A stretch of 52,254 nt of DNA from a virus. Taxonomy: Duplodnaviria; Caudoviricetes. Shown here piece by piece: positions 18,726-26,697 of the stretch (position 1 is the stretch's first letter; each line of letters starts with the position of its first letter). The notes beneath the pieces were generated by a model. That model was not told where the DNA came from. It searched no databases and worked only from the letters and a program-made list of their open reading frames with translations. Made by a program: the position numbers and the translations under genes. The stretch covers positions 1 through 52,254 of the IMG/VR virus record IMGVR_UViG_3300024344_000020. The stretch is one strand, 5' to 3'.

Positions 18726-18953
18726 TTACAATACCTTCCAGTCCTTAGCATAATTCCTCAGGAACTTATCTCCATCATCTACTTTGTCCTTTCCTTGTTT
18801 CCTAATCTTTTGTACGAGGAGGTTATACTTTGTTTCAATAGCTTCTCTCTTTGCTTTCTCTTCTGTGTATAAGGAATGCCACGAGACTGCACTGTCCTCA
18901 ACGAGCTGCTGATACTTCTCTTTCCTGGTCCAGTAATCTTCTTCACTCACCAC
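18726..18953 (-). CDS. Hypothetical coiled-coil protein
   Basis: 75 aa ORF overlapping the upstream stop; AGGAG RBS. Confidence 0.55.
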   Translation of the reverse strand: MVSEEDYWTRKEKYQQLVEDSAVSWHSLYTEEKAKREAIETKYNLLVQKIRKQGKDKVDDGDKFLRNYAKDWKVL

Positions 18954-19270
18954 TGCACTCCTAAGTTACTATTGTATTGTCTCTGCCACACAGTACGCCC
19001 ACCTCTTTTGATTGTGATTGACTCACAGTATTGAGTAGCACCTCTAGCTTCTGCTTGTAGTACGTAGATATAACAAGCCTGCACACTAGGGCATACATAA
19101 GTACCACCACCAGTCTGTGATTGCTTGACTACATCCATAGTTATACTGGCATAAGGGAAGTTGTAGTTAGTCTCCGCCTTAGCCTGAGTATTAATTAATA
19201 ATACAAGACACACCCATAATACTACTACTATACCAAACCTTATAAATCCTTTGTCCTTATTCATACACAT
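18947..19270 (-). CDS. Putative exported protein with signal peptide
   Basis: Basic N-region, hydrophobic core GIVVVLWVCLVLLI, A-K-A cleavage site; three Cys in the mature part. Confidence 0.55.
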   Translation of the reverse strand: MCMNKDKGFIRFGIVVVLWVCLVLLINTQAKAETNYNFPYASITMDVVKQSQTGGGTYVCPSVQACYIYVLQAEARGATQYCESITIKRGGRTVWQRQYNSNLGVQW

Positions 19271-19554
19271 CCTCTAGGTTGTGGTAGCCCACCATATTTA
19301 CTTAAGTTCTTCATAGGACCTGAGCCACCGTGGTCCATAAAGATTTCCTTCTTGCCTTTACCATAATGCTTAGCAAAGTTTCTGATTGGAGGTACTACAC
19401 CATTCTCATCATAGTATTCTCTAGCACTTAGTATCTGCTTACGTATCTCAGGTGTTAAGTTGAAGTCATCTTGCTCTGCCATCTCATACATAACATCAGT
19501 GTTCCAAATAGAAGGGTCAACTAAGTACCCATTACTTGTTCTATCTATACTCAT
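19261..19554 (-). CDS. DsrC/TusE family sulfur relay protein (auxiliary metabolic gene, single C-terminal Cys)
   Basis: GYLVDPSIWN...AREYY...PPIR...GPMK...GGLPQPRGCV matches the DsrC/TusE signature; penultimate Cys present, upstream Cys position is Ser. Confidence 0.9.
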   Translation of the reverse strand: MSIDRTSNGYLVDPSIWNTDVMYEMAEQDDFNLTPEIRKQILSAREYYDENGVVPPIRNFAKHYGKGKKEIFMDHGGSGPMKNLSKYGGLPQPRGCV

Positions 19555-19823
19555 CTAATTCCTCCTTAGTTTTTCTTGGTTTACGTTCACCGTCTGATGG
19601 TTCAAACTTCTTATACTTTCTGTTTAAAGGATTATCCACTAGAGTGTTAGCTAGTGGACTCCCAAAGGGAGGTCTATTTCCTTTTGTTAGTCCGTTGCTC
19701 ATACTACTAAACCTCCCCAAATAATAAACCTAACACAATGATAGTACCCATTATAGCTATAGTTTTATTTTCTTTTACTGCTTCAATTACTTCTTTTAAA
19801 GTATCCATTTGTATTACTCCGTA

Positions 19824-20780
19824 TTATTCCCAGCCCCAACTATCTCCTGTCATACCAACGGCTGAGTAGTCGGTAACAGTTTTCTCAAAGAAGTTAGACA
19901 TAGAATCACCTGATGTCAACTCCTCTACCCAAGGTAAGGGATTCTCTTTGACTTTAAAGTTACCCTTGAATCCCATTTGAATTAATCTCCTGTCCGCCAG
20001 ATAGCGTATGTACGTTTTAACTTCACCTTTGTCAAGACCCACAATATCCCCAGCTTGATAGGCAAGGTCAATAACTTTGTCTTCCAGCTTAACAACTTGT
20101 CTCGCCATTTTGTATACTTCTCTCTTGAAATCATCATTAACAATTCTCCCGTGTTCATTACAAAACTCTCTAAATAAACGAGACATACCTTCAGTATGTA
20201 GCGTCTCATCCCTGATAGACCACTCAACTACAGTGTTCATACCTTTCATCTTACCCATACGTTGGTAGTTCAGTAACATAACGAAGGCACTGAATAAGCT
20301 GACCCCTTCATTAAATACTGTCAGTGCCAACGACAAAGCAATACCGTGTAGTGAATGCACATCTGCATCCTTCATAAAGTCTACCTTCTTAGACAACTCA
20401 TCATACTCAAGGAAGGTACTGTACTCTTTCTCGTGTAACCCTAAGGTATCGTTAAGTAAGGCATAAGCTCTAGCGTGAATACCCTCTCTTGCAGCGAAGG
20501 ACATAAGCATCATACGTACTTCATTGTTTAAGAACTTAGGTATATAGTAGTTACAGTAGTTGCCTGCTACTACCACATCAGACTGTGTAAATAATCTAAG
20601 GATGGCAGTGATGTGTTCCTTCTCTACCTCTGATAGTGTACCATCTTTCCACTGTGTTACGTCATCATTAAGGTTAATCTCATCTTCAATCCAGTGTAGC
20701 ATCTCGTGTTCTGTAGCGTACTCTACAAAGACAGGGTACTTGAATGGCTTGTAAGTCTTACTTTCTTCTAATAAACTCAT
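19824..20780 (-). CDS. nrdB: Ribonucleotide reductase class Ia beta subunit
   Basis: Di-iron ligands: FTQSD, REGIHARAY (ExxH with the radical Tyr), EGVSLFSAF, RDETLH; C-terminal NFFEKTVTDY. Confidence 0.95.
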   Translation of the reverse strand: MSLLEESKTYKPFKYPVFVEYATEHEMLHWIEDEINLNDDVTQWKDGTLSEVEKEHITAILRLFTQSDVVVAGNYCNYYIPKFLNNEVRMMLMSFAAREGIHARAYALLNDTLGLHEKEYSTFLEYDELSKKVDFMKDADVHSLHGIALSLALTVFNEGVSLFSAFVMLLNYQRMGKMKGMNTVVEWSIRDETLHTEGMSRLFREFCNEHGRIVNDDFKREVYKMARQVVKLEDKVIDLAYQAGDIVGLDKGEVKTYIRYLADRRLIQMGFKGNFKVKENPLPWVEELTSGDSMSNFFEKTVTDYSAVGMTGDSWGWE

Positions 20781-21226
20781 AATTTGTTTCCCTTCTTTAG
20801 ATTTTCAGTTGCGGTTATAACTTGTAAGTTGTATTCTACGTGAAAACCACATACATTATTTCCTTGTAAAGGAACTATATGGTCTACGTGGTGTGGCTCA
20901 CCTAACTTATGTGTTAAGAAAGCAGACACTTTATACATACGTTCAATAGCTTCCTTGTCTGCCCACAATACTGTAGCATTACATTCTCTAGCTCTTCTAC
21001 GTGCTTTAGATGCCTGTCTCTTGCCTTTATTGTCCTTACTCCACTGACTGTAATAAGCAGACATCTTATCTTTGTTTCTACGTTCCCATTCTCTATTTGA
21101 TTTCCTAACAGCTTCTCTATTATTCTTCTTCCATTCAGCAGATGCTTTTATTTTCTTCTCTCTAATCAAATGGTAGCGTGCTTTATCGTAAGCTGCTTTC
21201 TTAGCCTTGGCATCCGAGACACTCAT
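20777..21226 (-). CDS. Free-standing HNH homing endonuclease
   Basis: HHVDHIVPLQGNNVCGFHVEYNLQVITATENLKKGN HNH motif with a basic helical N-terminus; inserted between nrdA and nrdB. Confidence 0.9.
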   Translation of the reverse strand: MSVSDAKAKKAAYDKARYHLIREKKIKASAEWKKNNREAVRKSNREWERRNKDKMSAYYSQWSKDNKGKRQASKARRRARECNATVLWADKEAIERMYKVSAFLTHKLGEPHHVDHIVPLQGNNVCGFHVEYNLQVITATENLKKGNKL

Positions 21227-22985
21227 TTTCTTCCTCCATAAAATCCTTCAATGCTACTCTCGTAACCTGTTGTCCTACACTCTCAGCACTAGATGCAGCC
21301 GAGGTACGTAAGTAGTATAGACCTTTAAGTTTCTTCTTCCAAGCTGCTAGATGAACTCTGTTTACATAATCCTTAGCTGAACCCGCTCGAAAGAATACAT
21401 TAACACTCTGACCTTGGTCTATAAACTGTTGCCTATCACCTGCGTGTTGTATTACCCACATCTGGTCTAGTTCAAAGGCAGTCTTAAACACATCCTTCTC
21501 CCACTCAGTAAGATAATCTAACTGTTGTACCGAACCTTCGTGGTGACTGATATTACGCCACTCTTTAGCTAACCATTCTTCATCTTTACCTAGGCGTAAT
21601 CTATGTTCCTCCATAATTAAGGCGAGGTGTCTGTTCTTAATTACGTGAGAACCAATTCGTGTCTTATGTGTGTAGTAGTTAGACTTGATAGGCTCAATAG
21701 AAGCACTCGTACCTGCAATCATAGCTGAATTTGCATTCGGCGCTACAGCAGTCAGGTGTGAGTTTCTTCTACCACTACCTGCACCATCTAGATACTCACC
21801 TCTAACATCAGCTAGTGCTTTAGTAGTCTCTACTGCTTTCTCCTCAATCAAACTAAACATCTTCATATTCTGTCCTTGTGCTAAGGCACTTTCAAAAGGT
21901 ATGCTCTTGCTTTGTAGATAGCTGTGAAAACCAAATGCGCCCAACCCTAGGCTACGCTCACGAAGTGCCGAGTAACGTGCCTTATCGAGAGCCTCAGGGG
22001 CATTAATAATGAAGTCAGTTAGTACGTTATCTAACATAGTAATTAAGTCACCTATCAGTGATGTTTCCATCCATTCCTCAAAGAGTTCAAGATTGACGGA
22101 TGAAAGGCAACATACTGCCGTCCTATCTTCATTTGTGGGCAGATGAATTTCATTACATAAATTGCTTCCTCTAATTTTGAGTCCATTTTCTTTCAGCTCC
22201 TTCGGTAGGTGTCTATTAGCTTCATCAATAAAGTTTAGGTATGGTTCACCAGTTCTGAAACGCGTCTCCAGGATTCTTTCCCAAAGTTCACGAGCCCGAA
22301 CCACATCACGTACACTACCATCGTGAGGGTCAGTGAGATTCCAATCACTGTCACTAAGGACAGCATCCATAAAGCTGTCACTGATGTTAACAGCGTTGTT
22401 AATATTAAAGCACTTACGGTTACTATCCCCTCCCGTAGGGATTCTAATGTTAAGAAACTCAATGATGTCTGGATGCGAGATGTCCAAGTACGCTGCATAA
22501 CTTCCCTTCCTTGTTTGTCCTTGTTTATATGCTGTCATCGCTGAGTCAGCTACCTTAATGAATGGTATTGGTGAAGGTGCTTTGTCACTGACTGCACGTA
22601 CATCACCCCAGTGTCCACCTACACCACCTCCCTTAACACTTAACCAAGCTAACTCTGACTGGTGAGCAATAAGCCCATCAAGAGTATCAGGAATGTAAGA
22701 AAGAAAACAGCTAATTGGTAGACCCTTGGCTTCCTCTCCTGGAGCAGGAGCGTTACTGAGAATAGGACTACTAAACATAAACCAACCATTAGATACTGCA
22801 TCATATAACCTCTGTGCTAAATCATTATCGCCACCACTGTATGCCACACAAGCTCTGGCGTAAGCTTCTTGTGGGCTCTTCTCTTTACCTCTAAGGTAGT
22901 AACCTTTGACTAACTCTAGTGCCTGTTCAGACATTAGTTTGTCTCTGGTTCTATCTATTATTATGCCTAAGTATTCACTCTTCAT
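21201..22985 (-). CDS. nrdA: Ribonucleotide reductase class Ia alpha subunit (short, no ATP cone)
   Basis: PISCFL, GSNLCNEI, VCCLSS, APNANS, KGLYYLRT and C-terminal CxxC (ECLGCQG). Confidence 0.95.
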   Translation of the reverse strand: MKSEYLGIIIDRTRDKLMSEQALELVKGYYLRGKEKSPQEAYARACVAYSGGDNDLAQRLYDAVSNGWFMFSSPILSNAPAPGEEAKGLPISCFLSYIPDTLDGLIAHQSELAWLSVKGGGVGGHWGDVRAVSDKAPSPIPFIKVADSAMTAYKQGQTRKGSYAAYLDISHPDIIEFLNIRIPTGGDSNRKCFNINNAVNISDSFMDAVLSDSDWNLTDPHDGSVRDVVRARELWERILETRFRTGEPYLNFIDEANRHLPKELKENGLKIRGSNLCNEIHLPTNEDRTAVCCLSSVNLELFEEWMETSLIGDLITMLDNVLTDFIINAPEALDKARYSALRERSLGLGAFGFHSYLQSKSIPFESALAQGQNMKMFSLIEEKAVETTKALADVRGEYLDGAGSGRRNSHLTAVAPNANSAMIAGTSASIEPIKSNYYTHKTRIGSHVIKNRHLALIMEEHRLRLGKDEEWLAKEWRNISHHEGSVQQLDYLTEWEKDVFKTAFELDQMWVIQHAGDRQQFIDQGQSVNVFFRAGSAKDYVNRVHLAAWKKKLKGLYYLRTSAASSAESVGQQVTRVALKDFMEEENECLGCQG

Positions 22986-23175
22986 AAGGATTCACCTCTA
23001 TAGTAATTAGATTAATACCTTCCTCTTCCATCTCTACAGTATAGGTAAGTCTACCTTCACTGTGTAGTTGTACTGCATCTATAAAACCATTGTCATATGC
23101 TTTATAATCTGTGTACCAAATAGCAAGAGCACCTATAGCTAACCAAAGAATACTTACTGCTATTAATTCATTCAT
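22975..23175 (-). CDS. Small membrane protein
   Basis: N-terminal hydrophobic helix LIAVSILWLAIGALAIWY. Confidence 0.55.
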   Translation of the reverse strand: MNELIAVSILWLAIGALAIWYTDYKAYDNGFIDAVQLHSEGRLTYTVEMEEEGINLITIEVNPYEE

Positions 23176-23371
23176 CTTTAGTCATCTCCAACATTAGTTT
23201 ATTTAAGTACCACTGTGCTTTCTTTAAATCTTCAAGTCCGTTCTTAAACTTATATCTACTTACGTACTTGATGATGTTACCTTCTACGTATGTCATATCT
23301 TGGTCTAAGATAAAGTCTATAACCTGTATGTTACCCTGCTTATAGTGGCTTGGGTTAATTGAATCACTCAT
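23168..23371 (-). CDS. DUF3310 family protein (T7 gp1.7-like nucleotide kinase domain)
   Basis: INPSHYKQG.IQVIDFI...GNIIKYVSRY..KNGLEDLKKAQWYL signature. Confidence 0.85.
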   Translation of the reverse strand: MSDSINPSHYKQGNIQVIDFILDQDMTYVEGNIIKYVSRYKFKNGLEDLKKAQWYLNKLMLEMTKDE

Positions 23372-23396
23372 TTTATTTTCTCCTTATTTAATTTGG

Positions 23397-23443
23397 TGAC
23401 CTGTTTCAGGGGAGCGGTAGGTCAAGCCGCTTGCTCTATGAGC
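23397..23443 (-). ncRNA. Candidate H-type RNA pseudoknot in the 5' leader of the DUF3310 gene
   Basis: Minus-strand RNA AGCGG-CU-UGACCU-A-CCGCU-CCCCUGAAAC-AGGUCA gives S1 of 5 bp and S2 of 6 bp; preceded by hairpin GCUC-AUA-GAGC. Confidence 0.5.
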
Positions 23444-23450
23444 TAGTATA

Positions 23451-23711
23451 TTAATGTTGTGTATTGCTTTTCATATCAACGTACACATCACCGTTGTATA
23501 GTTCAGTACCTGCTTCGTATAGTAAGCTAGGGTCTTCCTCCAGTATAACACTTATCCCCATAGCTAATGGATATAATAGTTGGTTAGCTCTACCACCTTT
23601 AACTGTGTTATCAACAATAGATAGTTCCATTATATCACGTTCCTTATCTAATGACAAGACTAATAACATCTCTTCTTTATTAGACACCAACACTCTTCCA
23701 ATCTTTCCCAT
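23451..23711 (-). CDS. Hypothetical protein
   Basis: 86 aa ORF in the operon. Confidence 0.55.
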   Translation of the reverse strand: MGKIGRVLVSNKEEMLLVLSLDKERDIMELSIVDNTVKGGRANQLLYPLAMGISVILEEDPSLLYEAGTELYNGDVYVDMKSNTQH

Positions 23712-23919
23712 CTTCTAACATCTTGATAAACCACTTGTATGAATAGATAGATAGTTTAACTGTACCAAAACTCATAACGTGTGTTTGTTGTGGTGCTAAC
23801 TCTAATACATTCTTAGTGTTTACCTTATCTCTTTCTTCACCCTCAAGTAAAGACTGTAACCACTCAACCATATTCTCTTTAGCTTGTCTTCTTATAATCT
23901 TAGCTCTCTTCCCACTCAT
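23680..23919 (-). CDS. Hypothetical protein
   Basis: 79 aa, MSGKRAKIIRR basic start, AGGAG RBS. Confidence 0.6.
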   Translation of the reverse strand: MSGKRAKIIRRQAKENMVEWLQSLLEGEERDKVNTKNVLELAPQQTHVMSFGTVKLSIYSYKWFIKMLEDGKDWKSVGV

Positions 23920-24800
23920 TTGTAATACTCCTTTGTTACTTCTTCAATGTCTGAACGTGGTCTCTTCTCTACGTGTGTAAAGAATAGGTCACCACTAGCA
24001 TATCTAAATACTCTAGCATTAGGGTTACAAGCTACCTTATGGCTACACCACTTACAAGAGTTATGTAGTCCCTCGTTACCTGCCTTACCTATATCAATGA
24101 TAGGGTGACATCTTTCTTTAGGTGGTTTGTCTTGCCCCAATTCATCACGTACCTTAGTGATACGTGTCTCAATGTTAGGTAACTCTAAGTCATCAGGTCT
24201 AAACAAACATAACTCACCTGATGATTTGTTAGCTACAAGGAAACCACCACCTTCTTTCTTAAGTCCGTGTTCATATCCAGCAAGCTGTGCGAGGTAACCA
24301 AAGGGGTCATTCTCTACTAGTGTACCTTCTTTAAACTTCTTAAATGAATAGTCACTGGCTGTCTTGATATCAATAACAACACCGTCAATCACTGAGTCTA
24401 TGTGTCCCTTAAGACCACACACATCTACCTCTGCTTGTTGCATCTCAACCTTATGTCCCGCAAGGTCAGCAAAGAACAGTAGTAGCTCTTCAACAACGTG
24501 ACCATATAAGAACCTAAACATAACATCAGGTCCTGCTTCTTCCTGTGTAGCGTCAGAGTTAACATCGTACCACAGTTGTCTGTTAGGTCTACCTACGTTA
24601 GACATCCTTAAGCCACTGCTCTGTCCTCGTGGTGTTGCCCATTGGTACAGTACTTCTTCAAGCCCACTCATTAACTTAGCTACCTTTTTCTTAGGCATCT
24701 TAAGTTCTTTACCTTTACTTATGTTAGTAAATAACTTCTCTACATCTTCTACTAGTGTATCAACTGTTTTCTTTTTAGCCATTAGTGTGTCTCCGCCCAA
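23916..24800 (-). CDS. PD-(D/E)xK exonuclease (Cas4-like/RecB-like)
   Basis: LRMSNVG, GHIDSVIDGVVIDIKTAS, GYLAQLAGY and C-terminal CKWCSHKVAC; true start may be the ATG at 24782. Confidence 0.8.
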   Translation of the reverse strand: MGGDTLMAKKKTVDTLVEDVEKLFTNISKGKELKMPKKKVAKLMSGLEEVLYQWATPRGQSSGLRMSNVGRPNRQLWYDVNSDATQEEAGPDVMFRFLYGHVVEELLLFFADLAGHKVEMQQAEVDVCGLKGHIDSVIDGVVIDIKTASDYSFKKFKEGTLVENDPFGYLAQLAGYEHGLKKEGGGFLVANKSSGELCLFRPDDLELPNIETRITKVRDELGQDKPPKERCHPIIDIGKAGNEGLHNSCKWCSHKVACNPNARVFRYASGDLFFTHVEKRPRSDIEEVTKEYYK

Positions 24801-26551
24801 GTTAATCCTACTTTATATTCCCCATCAAGAGGACATCTCATTTCGTACTCTACACCTGCATCAACGATAGCCTCAACAGCAAGAGCACCAAACTTATCAG
24901 CGTGCTCTTTAAGTACCTCTGTCTGGTACTCATCGTGGATATTACCTACAAAGTTGTAATCAAGTCCAGCCATTGTAGCACGTTCATCTAAAATTGTCAA
25001 GGCTTTTTTCATAACTATTGCTCCTGCCCCTTGCAAGAGAGTGTTAAGTGCTGCGTGTTCTGACCTGACCCAGATTTTTCTGCTGTCAAGTCCTTTAATG
25101 TAGCCTCTTTTAGCAGCCTTTCCAACTCGCTCTCGTAAATTTCTAAGTGATGGCGTATTATTAAGGAACTTTGTCTTAAGGTTTTTACCATCTCTTGACT
25201 TTCCTCCAACGATACTCCCGACCTTTGCATCCCCTGCACCATACAAGAATGCATAGATGAAAGTCTTTGCCTGATTTCTTGATTGAAGTCCTGCAGCCAC
25301 TTGGTTTGCTGTGTGTATATCTCCGTGTAATATTTCATTTGTGTACCCCTCATCATCCATATAGTGTGCAAGCATTCTTAACTCAAGACCACTAGCATCA
25401 CAACCTACAATTACATATCCTTCCTTTGCTTGAAAGATATTCCTAAAGTCTGCACCATAACCCCCTTCAATACCCCAGATAAGCTCACCCTTATCATCCT
25501 GCTTAGCCGCTGGTATCTGTGCCATATTAGGGTCAGAGTGTGTCATCCTACCTGTTACTGCACCATTAGTATTAACGTACCCGTGTATCCTAGTATCAGT
25601 ACCTACCTTACCTAATATATTTCTAAGCATAGCTTCACGCTTAGAGATTAAGAAGTACTCAGCAATCAACACGCACTCAGGTATGTCAGTGATACCTTTA
25701 AGTACTGACTCATCTACAATAGCGTTACCTTTATCAGTAAACTTAGTAGGTGTCCAACCAAAGTGTTCAAGGTATCTAACAATCTGTTGTCTAGATGCTA
25801 AGTTAAACTCAGGGTACTCGATACATCCCCACTCCCTCTTGTCATTGAAGTGTGCACCCCTTGCCATCTGTTTAGCATAAGCCTTAGAAGGTCTACCATC
25901 TTTTAACATAGGGTTCTTTAGTACGTTAAGTTTAATGAAGGTAGGTAAAGGTTTAAATGTTTCTAGTACTTTATCTACTAGCCCTTGCTTACGTTCACAT
26001 AGCTCAGCGTGTAGTACGTTAGCTTTCTTCTCATTAATTAACCAACCGTTAGTCTGTTGTTTATGAATGATGGTAGCTACTTGATGTTCTAACTCAATAC
26101 ACTCATCACTAAAACCTTTAAGGTCTTCAGTAACTAACATCTTATATACAGCTTCTGTGACTCTAACGTCTTGCTTACAGTACGCTATCATCTCAGGTGT
26201 TAGTCTAGTCCAATCATCATAGTCACCCTTAGGAAAGTTAAGGTACTCGCCCCACTTCTTAAGACCGTGACCACCTAACTTAGAAGGCTCAGATAATCTA
26301 GACATAACTAACGTATCAGTTATCTTCTTACCACTAAAGTCTATACCCCATAGGCGTTCAAGTACTGGTACATCATAGCCAATGATGTTGTGACCTATCA
26401 CTTCATCAACATCGTCAACGTACTTCTGAAACATATCAGCATCTTTGAATACGTATGGGTCGTTAGGGCTACCTAGTTTGTGAGCACACACCACCCATAT
26501 CTGTGTTGGGTCTAACCCATCAGCTTCTAAATCAAATATTAACTTATTCAT
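24782..26551 (-). CDS. polA: DNA polymerase family A (T7 gp5-like) with 3'-5' exonuclease
   Basis: Exonuclease motifs FDLEADGL, GHNIIGYD, YCKQDV; polymerase motif A DASGLELR, motif B RNQAKTFIYAFLYGAG (Tyr at the E. coli 762-equivalent position), motif C IHDEYQ. Confidence 0.97.
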   Translation of the reverse strand: MNKLIFDLEADGLDPTQIWVVCAHKLGSPNDPYVFKDADMFQKYVDDVDEVIGHNIIGYDVPVLERLWGIDFSGKKITDTLVMSRLSEPSKLGGHGLKKWGEYLNFPKGDYDDWTRLTPEMIAYCKQDVRVTEAVYKMLVTEDLKGFSDECIELEHQVATIIHKQQTNGWLINEKKANVLHAELCERKQGLVDKVLETFKPLPTFIKLNVLKNPMLKDGRPSKAYAKQMARGAHFNDKREWGCIEYPEFNLASRQQIVRYLEHFGWTPTKFTDKGNAIVDESVLKGITDIPECVLIAEYFLISKREAMLRNILGKVGTDTRIHGYVNTNGAVTGRMTHSDPNMAQIPAAKQDDKGELIWGIEGGYGADFRNIFQAKEGYVIVGCDASGLELRMLAHYMDDEGYTNEILHGDIHTANQVAAGLQSRNQAKTFIYAFLYGAGDAKVGSIVGGKSRDGKNLKTKFLNNTPSLRNLRERVGKAAKRGYIKGLDSRKIWVRSEHAALNTLLQGAGAIVMKKALTILDERATMAGLDYNFVGNIHDEYQTEVLKEHADKFGALAVEAIVDAGVEYEMRCPLDGEYKVGLTWAETH

Positions 26552-26697
26552 CTTTAGCGTCCTCCCAATCTTTAATAAAGCGTTTACTGCATACTGCGTA
26601 AGTCCCGTCAGGCATCTTTATATATACTACATCATCAGAAAAGTCAGGCAAAGGTCCTATCTTTTCCATCGCTTCAGCCGCAGTCAGTATGTCATCC

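Noticed and set aside
23397-23460. Programmed frameshift or readthrough at the pseudoknot; pistol ribozyme
   Set aside because: There is no slippery heptamer, a second in-frame stop follows the upstream gene's TAA, and pistol core nucleotides are absent.
23916-24800. Cas4-like nuclease as evidence of a CRISPR system
   Set aside because: Stand-alone PD-(D/E)xK exonucleases next to DNA polymerase are normal in phage replication modules.
24782-26551. DnaJ-like zinc-finger insertion or intein in the DNA polymerase (as in HMO-2011-type phages)
   Set aside because: There are no CxxCxGxG repeats or intein motifs; the protein is a compact 589 aa.
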